Origin: Lingula anatina
Lineage: Eukaryota > Animalia > Brachiopoda
Reading direction: 5' to 3'
DNA length: 64,000 nt
Assembly (NCBI GenBank): GCA_051362555.1
Contig: CM120642.1
Coordinates: 31,682,001 to 31,746,000 of the forward strand
The notes under the pieces were generated by a model. That model searched no databases and was not told where the DNA came from. It saw only the letters and a list, made by a program, of their open reading frames with translations. This document shows, in pieces, positions 24,950-38,459 of this stretch (positions within the stretch are counted from its first letter, which is position 1; each line of letters begins with the position of its first letter). The translations under genes were made by a program, and so were the position numbers.

Positions 24950-27900
24950 ATGGATGACATCTTTACACAGGTTCGGGAAGGGAACGCTTTTCACGTGAGA
25001 GTGTGGTTAGACAACACGGAAAACGATCTAAACCAAGGGTAAGAATAATTCATTCCTAGAAGTAGAAGACTTTCACTATGCTAGCATTGGGTGTTAAAAC
25101 TGCCGTCGTGTTTACAATAAGATTTACTAGGGTTTGGAATAGACTTGTTGGCATTGGACAGTGTGTGTGTGTGTGTGTGTGTGTGTTGGGGGGGGGGGGG
25201 GGCAGGGTATAATTTGAAATGTGAGTCTTGGCAGTCATTGTGGTATCCAGAACACCAAATAACTGTTTTGCAATCTCCAGCACTCTTAGCAACCTAGCAC
25301 AAAATGCATTATAATATTAGTTTTCAGATATATTCATGTACTAAATAGGAATGCTACAGGTACATATAAAAGTCATGAATTTCCAAATAGCATCACCACC
25401 TCCCCCTTTTTCACCTTCTCCCCCCCCCCCCCCCCCCCCCCCCAATTCCAGCCCACTACCATTCATTTTCCCTCCTTTGCAGCAGTGTATAAAATGTGCC
25501 TAGGTGTGCATGGTAAATTGTGTACAGTAAAGTTATTTTAGATTATGCACATTTTCATATGGGAGTCACTTTAGATAATAGCATTTACTGGATGAGGTCA
25601 TTTGGTTGAGGTCACTGCATGTGAGCTTGTATTTTGCTAATTGGACATATCTTGTAGGTCAATACACATGTAGCTATTCAGTGGACATTAGAACTGCCCA
25701 TTTTTACAGCAGGTTAAATGAAAATGACTGCTATATTGGTGCATAAACTTTAGAGATATAAATGTGTCGGTCGTAATAAACTGAAATGGTGGAGAGGGGT
25801 GGAGTCTCTTCCTTTCTCATTTCTGGCTTTAAATGAATAATTTTTAATATTTACCCTTGCCTGCCCTGCTTTAGGAAGTGACTTAAATGTAGAAAAAAAA
25901 ATGTGTTTTGCAGTTTGTACCATTAGCCAAAGCAGTTACTCTCCTATAGAGTAAGAGTCAGTGTCTGTGTTAGTAAAAAAAAAATTGCATTTTATTTAAC
26001 ACTAACCCACTAAAGGCCCTGATTGCCCTACGGGCTAGTATCCTAACACATTTATGGCACTAAGTTACTGTAAGTTTTGAAAATCCTCATGATCATTTGT
26101 AACTTGTAGAATATAAATTATGTACCATTAAAACCAGTGAAATTGGGTGTTGAGCTTGTTTAATATATTAAACCACAAATAGCAGTCACCACAAATGCCA
26201 GCAGCTTTAGGAAGTCTGTGTAGCGCTATGATTTCAGTTGATAAGAGTCAGGAAATGTGCAAGCTTCCTACCTTCTTAGCCAAGTAGCAAGCTGATATAT
26301 TCCAGTAAAATACATAAACAGTTTATCATGCATTTTTTCTGTGTATATTCATGTAGTGGGAAGGGTAGGGAGGGGAGGACACTGGTAGATACACTAAGAG
26401 ATCTAATCACATTTTTTGTCTTACTTCCTACCTCTTAAAAGATGGAAAATGGCCATATTTAGTTAGTAGAGAGGTATGTTCAACAAAAAGGAATGATTGT
26501 CTGTAAGGAATTATTTTATTCAGGTAAAGAAAATGGAACTCTTCCCATATCTGCCTACTTAGAGCCAGTCTGATTCAATTACTGTCTGCCTCTGTCTCAG
26601 TTTTCCTCATATGGCTGTTTATCTACTAGAAGTCTGACTGGGTCAGGGACCCTGCAGGGAAATGGCAAGCTGTTTGATTGAATTAAATATCAGAGGGCAA
26701 TTCATATTTGCCAATTGTGATTAGAAAAAGCTAGATTTACAGGCTGGGCCTAGAAACAATTAGAGGGGAAAATGGCTTGGTGGAAAATTTTTTGTGGTTT
26801 TATCCCTTTCTGTCTTAGTTGATGGTTTTTATTACAACTGCACTGCATCAGTCGATTGTGGCTTTTATTCCACATGCAAAGTTGAAAAACACATTTTTTT
26901 TGTTCAGTTTAATAATTATGAATTTTTTATGGCATTAGGGAGTCACCTGGACAATCTGAATTGAACCTTGAATAGAAATGCATAATTACTGGTATTAAAA
27001 GTGGCTGGAAATATATTGTTTTGTATGTTTGAACTGAAATCTTACAGTATCTGAAAATCCTTGCTGCATAGTTCATACTGTTTTCTTTTATGTGCATGTT
27101 ACATTTTCAGAAGCAGGAGAGAGAAAAAGAAAACACCACATAACTATACTAATCATCTTACTTGATACTAACACACTGTTTTAAAAAAGCTGTGGCCTAA
27201 CTACTTCCACAGTTTTACAAGGTAATACATACAATGGCATGTGTGGGATAGGTTTTTTTTTTTCATCTTAAATCCAATTTGATTACTGTGGATAATAAGA
27301 ACATGAGAAAGAACTGTTCTTGATGACTTCTTTTTTATTTATCAGCGTAAGATTTTGGGTACCCTCCCTTGCTTCTTCAGTGTTGAAATTGTGCAGGATA
27401 ACAACATCTTGTAGAATATTCTCTAGTCGTTTGGGATCTCCATATGACTGGTCATGTAACATGGATGTTTATGTACATTTTTTTTTCACTCTGAAAGAAA
27501 ATTATTTCAAGTTATATTTCCCAAATCTATTTTATAAATATATTACAGAGAAAAGAAACAGTGAAAAGAATAATAAGTTCGATTATAAGGTCCAAGGTCA
27601 AGTTTATTTTATGACTGCCTGGCTATCAAGGAACTTAAAATGAGAGCTATACTTTTTATTTGGGGGGGGGGGGGGGGTGCAGATGTTTGAAATTTGGGAG
27701 TAATTATGGTAGCATATGGACAGACAGCTGTTAGTGCCCTCTTCATTAAGCCCAGGTGTGTTAAAACCTATAAACTTCCCCAGAGTAGTGTGTTTGATCT
27801 ATAGCTCCTGGGAGCAGTGCTGGATGCTAAAAGGATTAACTAAACTCATTACTTCAAATGTTCTGTCTTGTATGTTTCATTGTCCTGTTTTATAGAAGAT

Positions 27901-28363
27901 AATGGTCCATGCTAATGTTATAAGCCAAACTTGTGTTGAGAGCCAACAGATATACTAATTTTACCATTCCATTCTCAATAAACATCATCATTATTATTTT
28001 ACATAACAAAATAGTGAAGTCTGAATACCTTATATCAAAATGGAGATGTTAAGAATTTAAAGAATGATTTTTAAAGCAGAAGTAGGTGAGGGCTGGCCTA
28101 ATTTTTTTTAAAGAATTACTTAAGTAGTCAACTTGGCAAACTGAATTGATGGAAGAGCAATGTATTGGAAATAATAATAAGAAATTCAGGAGGTTAGTTT
28201 ATAAATCATCATAATCATCTCTGTTTAATGTTATAAACAAGATAGAAGAGGAATTCACTGATATACATTTTGTATTACTGACAGAAGTTTGACTCTCTTA
28301 AGTGGTATTTCTCAAAAGTATATATGCCAACACTTGATAGATTCATATAGTATATTTCTCTCA

Positions 28364-28430
<67 letters not shown>

Positions 28431-31400
28431 ATGTACCATACATTATAACTGTAATGATTACAAACACACGGTTTCTAGAAGACCCTGCCAATGGCAATAT
28501 CTGTTAGTTTTGATTGATGTGTGGCATACCTGGAGTAGTATAGTCTCACTTTGTACTGCTCTCTGACACACTTTTACCTCATCAGCTGTGCATCCATCTT
28601 CACAGCTCTGGTTCAGCCCATATTGTCCTGTCCTGGTTTACTATAAAATGCCAGATCAGTAATAAAATGGGAGGTTCAGATGTTTTTGGTTAGTCTGTTT
28701 TATAATGTCTGCTAGCTATTAGTTCTCACTTGGGGTGGTGGCCATATTATTATTATGTCATTCCATCAGCTTTTTTTAAAAACAAGCTGCAAAATTGTTA
28801 TGATATCATTATTTTCAACATCCTTGTGATTGCTGTTCTGCTAATTTATCCAACAAAAAATGAGTAATGAGAATCCTAGATTATTACATTTTTTATGTAC
28901 AGACACAGATGTGTCTGTACATATTGCCATCACCTGCGTCTGTCGTCGCCGTTCATGTCGCCGTTCATGTCGCCGTCGATGTCGCCGTCGCCGTCGCCGT
29001 GCACTTTCAGCGTTAACACCATAAGTGGAAGACAGTTTTACTTTTTGGCTTTATATTTACAGAGCTGATGAATATTCATAAAACGCAGGTCAAGTTCGAA
29101 AATCAGCATGATCGGGCCATTATTGTAGAATTTATGCTGTTTTTTCACTTTTCAGCATATATGCAACACTGTTAACACATTTCAAAGAAAACCGATAGGC
29201 CTGTTGTCATGAAACTCACAGGAGTAATCAATCTTACTAAAATGCAGGTCAAGTTCGAAAATCGGCATGATCGGGCCACCATTTTAGTAGTTATGCTGTT
29301 TTTCCACTTTTCAGCATATATGCAACACTGTTAACACATTTCAAAGAAAACCGATAGGCCTGTTGTCATGAAACTCACAGGAGTAATCAATCTTACTAAA
29401 ACGCAGGTCAAGTTCGAAAATCAGCATAATCGGGCCATTATTTTATAAGTTATGCTGTTTTTTCATATTTCTTCAGATTCAATTCTTAGGGATGTTAACA
29501 GTCTCATTATTTAATCAATAAGATATGCAAAAGTGTTTGTTTGACATTTCCTGCATCTTTACAACATTGTTAGTTGATTATGTAAAAATGATGGTAAACT
29601 TGTTATCGTGTATTGTGTAATAAAGTGTCAAAAATGGAAATAAACTCATATCATTGCAGTTTGTAAGATTCAATCATTCATTATGTTCAGAAACTCAGAA
29701 TGGAGGAAATTGGACATTTGACACTGTTCTATTGATATTTTTCACATCTCATCAACTTTCTTAGTTGATCATAAAAAAATGGCAGTAAAATGTTAATTTT
29801 GTTTTATGTTAAAAAAGTGTTAAAAATGAAAATAAACACATTTCATAACAGTACTGTCTTGTTTTACATTTCCTCAGATTCAATTCTTAGGCATGTTAAC
29901 AGTCTCATTATTTAACTAATAAGATACGTAAAAGTCTTTGTTTAACATTTCCTGCATCTTTACAACATTGTTAGTTGATTATGTAAAAATGATGGTAAGC
30001 TTGTTATCATGTATTGTATAATAGAGTTTCAAAAATGGAAATAAACTCTTATCATTGCAGTTTGTCAGATTCATTCATTCATTCACTATGTTCAGAAACT
30101 CAGAATGGAGGAAATTGGACATTAAACACTGTTCTATTGATAATTTTTCCATCTCATCAATTTTCTTAGTTGATCATATAAAAATGGCATTAAAGTGTTA
30201 ATTTTGTTATATGTTAAAAAATTGTTAAAAATGGAAAAAAATGCATTTCAGGACAGTACTGTCTTGTCTACATTTTGGCATTTTCAAGGTGTGACTTTGA
30301 AGTTCCATGGGCCTGAAGACCTTTGCTAGTCACATTTTCTGAATATCCATGATACTAATATTTTATTATTAAAAATTGATGGTTATTATCCTGTTAAACA
30401 TTATGTAATATTGCATCAAAATTTGAAGAAACCCCTATTTTGGACACTGCTCCCTTGATGACCATTTAAGGAAAACCATGTCACTTACTGTTCTCAAACT
30501 TACAGGAAAGAAACATGGGACTAAAATACAGTTTCATTAGGCAGTGCAGTCTATTTGGTAAATTTTTCTGGCAGTTAATCAGTTTTTTGTGAAAATTTAA
30601 TTTTTCACATATTGGCAATTTCAAGGTGTGACTTAGAACCACCTTGGGCTTGAAGACCCATGCTAGTCACATTTTCTGAAAATCCACGATACGTATACTT
30701 TATTATTAAAAACTGATGGTCTTTATGCTGCTAAGCATTATGAAATATTGCATCAAAATAGAAGAAAACACAATTTTGGGTATTGCTGCCATGATGACCA
30801 TCATGGGAAAACCATATTACTTATGATTGTTAAACTTTTAAAAAAGAAACACAGGACTAAAATGCCACTCAAGTTGGAAATGCAGTCTAATTGACTTCTT
30901 TTTCTGGAAGTTTTACATTTTCAAAGTGTGAACTCAAACTCCCATGGGCCTGAAGCCTTATGCTTGTTACACATTTTACTTACATTGGTATTACCTGTTG
31001 AGCATAATTAAAATTTGATGTTGAATTTGTAGTTTAACATAATGTACTTTTACATCAGAATTGACAGTAGCCTATTTTGTTATTTCCTGCTTTTTGTCTG
31101 TACATTTGACAGCTTTGCTGCCTTGTTTCATTATAACTGGAAAATAGGCAGGATTTGTAAAAAAAAAAAAAAAAAACACTGCCTGACAGATATGTGGTAC
31201 CGAATCCTATTTCTTGGACCCATTCATAATGCCTTTCATAGACGATAATGCATGATTTATATTTTAGAAAATGTATGATATTTCTATAACCCCTGTATAA
31301 TTCCAGAGATGACCACAGGTTCAGTCTGCTCCACTGGGCGTCCAGAGAGGGACGCACTAACATAGTGGACATGCTGATACAGCGAGGAGCGCGTATCAAT

Positions 31401-32000
31401 GCCACCAACATGGGGGACGACACAGCCCTACATCTCGCTGCCAGCCATGGCCACAGAGACATTGTACTCATGGTAAGATTCAAGGCTTTAAGAGGAGTAA
31501 TTTTGACTGGTGTTTATACTTGTATTGGTGCCACTCATGTATGTAACTGGGCTATTAGTTGTAAATGCAGCAAAGTTAGCAAATGTACAAGAGTCTTTTT
31601 CACAAAAGTCTCATATTAAATTTTTGGATTTAACTTCAGCTAAAAAAATTGAATAGCTGAACATGAAAGGTTGACTTTGATGTAAGTCTAGGAGCATTTC
31701 ACAAATTATTAGCCTGCGATAGATGTAGCAGTGGTGTCCCATATGCAGGCATTTGGTAGTGAAATGGGTGATGATGGTGAAAAATATTGTATTGCGATTG
31801 AAGTGCTGTGTCCCTTTTCTTCCAGCTTCTCCACAACAAGGCCAACATCAACGCTATCAATGAACACGGGAACACCCCTCTCCACTACTCCTGCTTCTGG
31901 TCACAAGACATTATCTCAGAGGTAGGCTCTCACCGGTTTGAGTTTTTCTCAAAGGTTTTGTATTGGGCTTTGTCTTCAGATTGTATTAAATTGTGGGGTG

Positions 32001-32033
<33 letters not shown>

Positions 32034-35000
32034 GTTGGAGGGAAAATTGAGAAAGAATCAGTTCAGAAAGGTCAGAGGACGTGACATTATGAAAGGACAT
32101 TGGGACACCTTATTAAATCGTGTCTATTTCTTCCCCATAGGATCTGGTGAACAATGGTGCTTTAGTGTCAATGTGCAACAAGTTTGGAGAGACGCCTTTA
32201 GACAAGGCCAAACCCAGAATGGCAAAGATACTCAAAGGTGAGTGTGTCATACTGGTGCTGCCGTCTAGTGGGCCGATAACTTCTGGTTTTACAAGAAGAA
32301 ATTAAGGAAGTTATTTTGTAAGCTGAGAGCCTGAGAGAATCTGTATTGATGGCACCAGTGTAAAAATCTTATTTTTTCTCAAATGAAACGTGTGTTCAAT
32401 AAGATAAAAAAATTCAATCTCTAGTATATTATTATATAACCTTAACACTGTTGTACACGGTAAAAATTGATGTTTTTGTTCAAATTATTAAATTGAAATA
32501 CACATAATAAAATCATTATGAGATTGTGTATTTACTGTATGTTAACCCAATGTATATTATTCTATTATTTAACACAAAGTGTATGTCTTAGTTTTATGTC
32601 TAGTTTTCTGGTCTTTATTTCAGACCGTGCCGTTGCTCTAGGACAAGACCTGAACAGAATTCCGTTCAAGGACAGGAGTTGGTTGGGATATAAGACCAGA
32701 AGCCGTGAGTTTAAGTTCAAATCAGTATCACTAGTATGCATTGCTGCCTTGTGGATAGCATTAAAGAAAAAATTAAGAACCCGAAACAGGTTGTTCTTTC
32801 TTGGTCCATCTTGTGGTACTTATTTAAGCAGAAAAGTATGTTTCTAGTAGTTGTACATTGTCTATTGAAATGATGGTGAGTCAATAAGCTATGGAAACAA
32901 AAGTGGTTCTGCAGCTTAAAGCTAGCAGCACAGACCTATCCACAGGTGTCACAGTAGCCACTGTACTTTTTATTACACAGTCTGTGTGCATTAAGAGTTC
33001 AGGAATTGATTGGTTGTTTCCAGGTGATGCCACGCTGTCCAGGAATGCAGGGATTGACATCTCTCAGCTGGCCCTCACTCAGCAGATCAGCAACACCCAT
33101 TCTGGAAGTGTAAGTAGATGTGCAGGGGCTGCATGGCTTTTTTTATGGCAAATTATCCTTGATCTTAGACAAGATTTTGATAATGTAACAAAGTGAAGAA
33201 CATCCTTAAGCTTTAAAAAGGAGACTGTTTATTGACCAACAAGAGATGAATAAAATAAAAAAATTAAGATGTGGAAAAAGTTGGAAACATTGCAGATAAG
33301 GTTCCTCTTTTTAAGGAAGAACCCCTTTTTATGTATTTAAAAAAAAAAAAAAAACTTTGGAAACTGCTTGATTTTTAATGAAATGTGAGTGAGTATTTTG
33401 ATGCTACTGCAGGTGTGGAGAGGGACTTGGCAAGGAAATGATATCGTAGCCAAAATCTTGAAAGTCCAAGAAGTAACATCTCGGATTGCTAGAGACTTTA
33501 TGGAGGAATTTCCAAGGCTAAGGTGGGTGACAGTTTCCTAGAATGTAATGGAGGGGAGGGGTGTAATCTCTTCACTTTGTCTGAACACAAGAATTTCCTT
33601 TTCTGTTGTGAAAAGTGCTTTTTGTCTATAACTCGGCTACACTAGTTTCTACAATCAGAATTGAAGAAAATTTGAATTAAAAGAAATATTTGCCCTTTAA
33701 ATATTGTTTTTATCTTTTTTTCAGTTTATATTGTTAAAATTAAATACTTTGGCTAACTGATAAGGTTGCATTGTTGAAAAAAAATAACGTGCAGGAAAAT
33801 GAGATCAAAATAATGTTTTGAATATCAGGTTTATAAACTTAAGCACAAGTTGTTCTAAAGTACAGGTAATACATTTTCCTTTTATTTCAGAATCTTCAAC
33901 CACCCCAATATTCTCCCAGTGCTGGGTGCATGCAATGATCCTCAAAACCTGATTGTAATCAGCCAGTTTATGCCTTTTGGTTCTCTCTATAATGTACTTC
34001 ATGAGGAAACTGGTATGGACGCCGTTCTTGTGTTTTGTGGAACTTGTAGAAGTGAAAAGACATTTGTAACCTCAGTTTTATGGAAGAAATGGCTTTAATT
34101 TCACATGCTTGTGTTCATACTTAGACAATATTTGCAGTTTAGAAACTATTGCACTTTTATTCTGAATCTGTAACAATGTTGCTTATCATTTATAATAGAG
34201 ATTCTCAATACAAAATAACTGTGTTTGCACTTGTTCTTTAGTATTACTGAGCTTCATGATTAATAACATCTAGTCTAGTCCAACAAAGCCATAAATATTA
34301 TGAAATGTTTGTAAGTTATTTTTGCAGAGCTGATAAGGTGAGCAATAACTGATGTAGGTTATTTACTTAACACTGTTGTTTTGTGGTTTATGGTGCACAT
34401 TTTATCATCCCATCTTGTTGTGTTTTAGGGTTGGTCATAGACCAGAATCAGGCCTTGAGATTTTCATTGGACGTAGCCCGTGGCATGGAATTCCTTCACA
34501 CATTAGAACCCATGGTCCCCAACTTCTACTTGACTAGTCGTCATGTGCTGGTATGTAGATGTTTAGATGATTAGGATTCACATTAAAAGGAATAGCCTGC
34601 CCATTGTTAAGATTCTGATCGATTGTTTTTGCATTGGTGTTGGTTTTAATTAAGACGGGAGTACATATTTTATAGCCCAGTGTGAATTTCTCAGACTATT
34701 CATCATTGTTAACCTGGTGATTCATATACCTGAGAGAGGTGGACTATACATTTAAGAAAGGGGAAGAAGGGGATTCTCTAGCTGCCAAACTCCTGGAGAG
34801 TTATTTTGGAAGAAAAGCAGTTTGGGGAAAATTAGAAGTATGAAACATGATTTTGAGGATCCTAAAGAAAGTTTTTGTTAGAGAGAAGAGGACAAGGTTT
34901 GTTGGTTTGTTTTTCAAAAAGTGGAAGATGAGGAGGGGGTAGAGGGGTTAATTTTTTGGAGATATGAAACTTTTTCAAAATGCCTGAGCTTTTATGAGAG

Positions 35001-35670
35001 ATTAAATATCTTTAGATAATTACCATATTTGTATATTAAAATGGAAATCCCCCCTTTCTTTTGTCCTTGCAGCAAAAGTATATAATTTTGAAATTGTGTA
35101 CTTGGAAGTCGGTGAAGTGGAGAATACAGATTTAACACAATGTGAAATTCCATCTTTAACACCTTTCTCTCTCGTGACATAATACTTCTATCTGTCACTA
35201 GTATTAAATGCCTAGCATTGTAATAGTTTTGTACACTGAAAAAAAAAATACATGTAAATCTGACAAATAAGCCAACTTCCTCTTATCTATTCTTCTTTCT
35301 AAGACTTTGTGTAACTTTCAAAACTTTTCATTATTAACTTTAACTTTCAGCTTCTGTCTGTTATCTGTCTGTTACTCTTTGCTGTGTCCTTTATTTTTCT
35401 GTGCACAGATTGATGAAGATCTTGCCAAAATAAATATTGATGATCCCAAATATATGCGAGAGGGTGCCGTGAATGGGGTAAAGTCAATATCAGAACATAT
35501 TGCCTGGTTTGCTGTGAGATAGAATTTCATTCATACTAACCTTTTCCCTCTTATGATGAAGGAAAAACATCACTTAGGAATTTAGGCTTTGATAGACCGT
35601 ATCAGGCATTGCTATTGTTTGATTGAAAGATAAAAGGTGTTTAAGTTTGTCTATCAGTATATTTGTTCTT

Positions 35671-35701
<31 letters not shown>

Positions 35702-38459
35702 TTTGCAAATTTAGATTTACACAAATTTGAACATCCAGCAGAGCTTTTGTTTGATCAATCAGAAAGTCACTAGAAGCTTTGATACTGTAATAGTTATTGA
35801 TCATACATGGTATTATAAAGTAACCAGTTCAAAGCGCACTTATCTCAATCAAACATTAAGTTCAAAGTGATAAGAAATATTGAATTTGGTTTGCTTATTT
35901 TGTCCCTTGAGATTCTTCTGTTGTTTATACAAATTGATAGCAGCAAGCTGAGAGAGAATGCTCTAGTTTGACTGCTTTTTGTAGCTGCCTTTTCAAGGAA
36001 TTCATTGCTTTTGTCAGTTTTCCCAGCATTTTCCCCTAAATTATCACTGGTTGGATTAGATAGGTCCTCCATTTTGTTTGCAGCCAGATCTGCATAGTGT
36101 TACCTAGCAACAGATGTCATTGCTTGGAGACCAACAGCTTTGTCACATTGTTTCTTTTTCAGCAAATGCAAGAGGCACATAGCTCACTTCTGTTATATAT
36201 TATTTTGTTTTTAATGATAAACCCTTTTGGCATGTATTTTTAGATTTTTTAATGATATATAGGGAACAGTCCCTATCCCAACTGATTATCTCCCAGAGAT
36301 TGCATATATTCACAGTTCTGCATTACATCTTAATTTATAAATTGAGATGCAGCCTGAGAATGTTGGAAAACTGTGACTAATTCATTAAAAACCCCTGTGC
36401 AGATTATATTTATTGTGAATGAACCATAAATGCTTTTCTTTGGACGATTTTCTGCCTTGGTAGTCGCTGGACTTCTGGTTTTGCTGCACCAGATATGTTT
36501 AGACAAAATGGCATTTTTTGTGTTTTCTTAATCAGCTTCATAGCAAAATTTAGGCACACTTTTGAAATAAGATGTAATTGGCAAATTTGGATAATTTCAG
36601 AACAATTGCGAAAATGTTAGAGTCTAAATATTTTTTTAGAAAGTATTTGTTTTGTTCAGTTGAACTTTTGTACTGGTGTCTTGTCTGATATTGTACACTG
36701 ACTGACAGTAAATCAGAAATGCATGGAAAAAAACTAACTTCACTCAGTCACATTTGAGCATGCAAAATTTTACTTTATTTTGGATTCTTATACAAAATAA
36801 CTTCCGAGCTGTGATTTAAGGGAAAATTGCCTTGAAAGAATTGTTTTATAAATCCTTGGAAGTAATTTGTGGAAGTTATTTGATTGTCTGGATCACTTCA
36901 CAATTAATGTGAGGGTGGGTGAGAGCAGTATGATCCACTTTTCTTTTTAACTGGACTTTCAGTGAAACTCAGTCATTTTTAATTTGATAGAATCCCTGCA
37001 ATTAAATACACACTAAGATTTGTATTTTTCTGTTTTGATGTTTTCAGATTGATGAAGATCTGACTGCCAGAATCAACATGGCAGACTACAAGTTTTCCTT
37101 CCATGAGCGTGGAAAGCTATATGCACCTGCTTGGCTGGCCCCGGAAGGTATCACTATAAACTTTATCTTGTTAAAAACTCTTTAACGAGGAAAAAAACAT
37201 TCCTGTGGTATCATGGTTTCCCCCAGCTGTGTTTAAACTTCTTGTAACTCCATCCCTTTTTCAGTGTGTGGAAACAATTGTTTCAGATAGGTTCCTCTGT
37301 TTTTACTCCTGCGTGATCTATTTCCTTTAAGTTGGATAAACTTTAGAATTAACTTTGAAGAAAAGAAATAAGACATGCCCTTACATTGGTATATCGCAGT
37401 AAGATAATATGTTGTTACAAAGGCAGTATTGGTTTCACGTTGACTGGGGCCTTGATCAAGATCAGTACTCTCAGGCCTTAAGCCAGCAGTTTCAAAGGGG
37501 GGGGGGGGGGGTCTTTTGAAAACTGGACATTTTTAGCCCCTGATTTGACCCAACTTGAGAGAGCAGATCTTTTCCCTCCAAAAGGGTGGTTATTTTGACC
37601 CCCCCCCCCCCCATAGCCCCTGTGCCTACAGGCCTAACACTGTAATTTTATAGACATACAGATATTTCTTTTTTGTTCTCCAGCATTGCAGAGAAAGCCC
37701 AGTGAGATCAATGTGAGGGCAGCAGACATGTGGAGCTTTGCCATACTACTGTGGGAACTAGCCACCAGAGAGGTTCCATTTGCTGATATGTCCCCCATGG
37801 AGATAGGGATGAAGGTGGGTACTATTACTCTGGTTTATCTACTCTTTTACTGACAACCCTAGGTAAATATATAGGATGCACTTAAGTATGTATAGTGCAT
37901 AGTAAGTAGAACTGACTTTTGCCTAGAGAAAATGTCTTCTTGTCATCTCTTTGGTATAATCATATGTTTAGTTCATATGTTTGCTTGCACATGTTTTATG
38001 TCAAAAATTCTTTCACTTCCACATTTTCCCCTGTGCAGTGCAGTGGTTTCTTTTTGGTATTCTTTGATTTAGAGACAAAAGTCTGCAGGGTATGTGGGTA
38101 TTTTTTTTTTTTTTTTCATGTTCAGGGGCTGTATTCTCCAAAGTTTGAGACTTAAAAACCTTCAAGAATACCAACTTACATGAACAATTAGAGTTACGTG
38201 AAAAGTTGCTAGAATTTGTACGTTAGAACCTTTCGAGAATATGGCCCAAGATCTAATTTAATCTCTGTATATTTCATTAAACTCTGATCTGTATACAATC
38301 TTTCAGGTAGCCCTGGAGGGACTTCGCGTCCAGATTCCCCTGGGGACGTCCCAGCACACCACGCGCCTGGTGAAGATCTGTATGAATGAGGAACCGGGGA
38401 AAAGACCACGCTTTGACATGGTGATCCCCATTCTAGAGAAAATGAAGTTATCCAGCTGA
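24950..38459 (+). CDS. ILK: Integrin-linked protein kinase (ankyrin repeats + pseudokinase), 12 constitutive coding exons
   Basis: Exons 24950-25038, 31307-31472, 31826-31921, 32141-32237, 32624-32704, 33024-33109, 33413-33522, 33891-34012, 34429-34550, 37048-37147, 37684-37814 and 38307-38459. They read [41 protein letters not shown]...[14 protein letters not shown]...[16 protein letters not shown]...[18 protein letters not shown]...AWLAPE...[13 protein letters not shown]...[24 protein letters not shown]. Confidence 0.98.
28365..28423. repeat. (CT)n(CA)n microsatellite
   Basis: Directly visible. Confidence 0.95.
28889..31128 (+). mobile_element. Non-autonomous Helentron-associated element (HINE/DINE-1/pearl-type) with internal tandem arrays, in the first coding intron of ILK
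   Basis: Starts in a T-run. 5' sub-TIR atgtacagac forms a hairpin with gtctgtacat (28895-28922). Then a (gtcgcc)n microsatellite ~28942-29000, tandem units of 159, 401 and ~300-337 bp, and a 3' sub-TIR gtctgtacat (31096-31105) with stem-loop gacagc-ttt-gctgcc. Confidence 0.85.
35409..35477 (+). CDS. ILK: Putative alternative ILK cassette exon (69 nt, phase 0-0), a partial duplicate of the following exon
   Basis: A long pyrimidine tract and cag acceptor are followed by [23 protein letters not shown]|GTAAAG. Compare constitutive exon 37048, [15 protein letters not shown]. Confidence 0.65.
37472..37635. mobile_element. Short MITE with poly-G/poly-C arms
   Basis: Ends caggccttaagc... and ...gcctacaggcct. 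A related end, caggcccgtagccagca, lies at ~436. Confidence 0.45.
38126..38247. mobile_element. ~120 bp PIF/Harbinger-like MITE in the last ILK intron
   Basis: TIRs gggctgtattctccaaag / ctttcgagaatatggccc. Confidence 0.6.

Noticed and set aside
28940-29460. Regular repeats resembling a CRISPR array
   Set aside because: Eukaryotic context; the whole units repeat with no unique spacers; it is a HINE-internal satellite.
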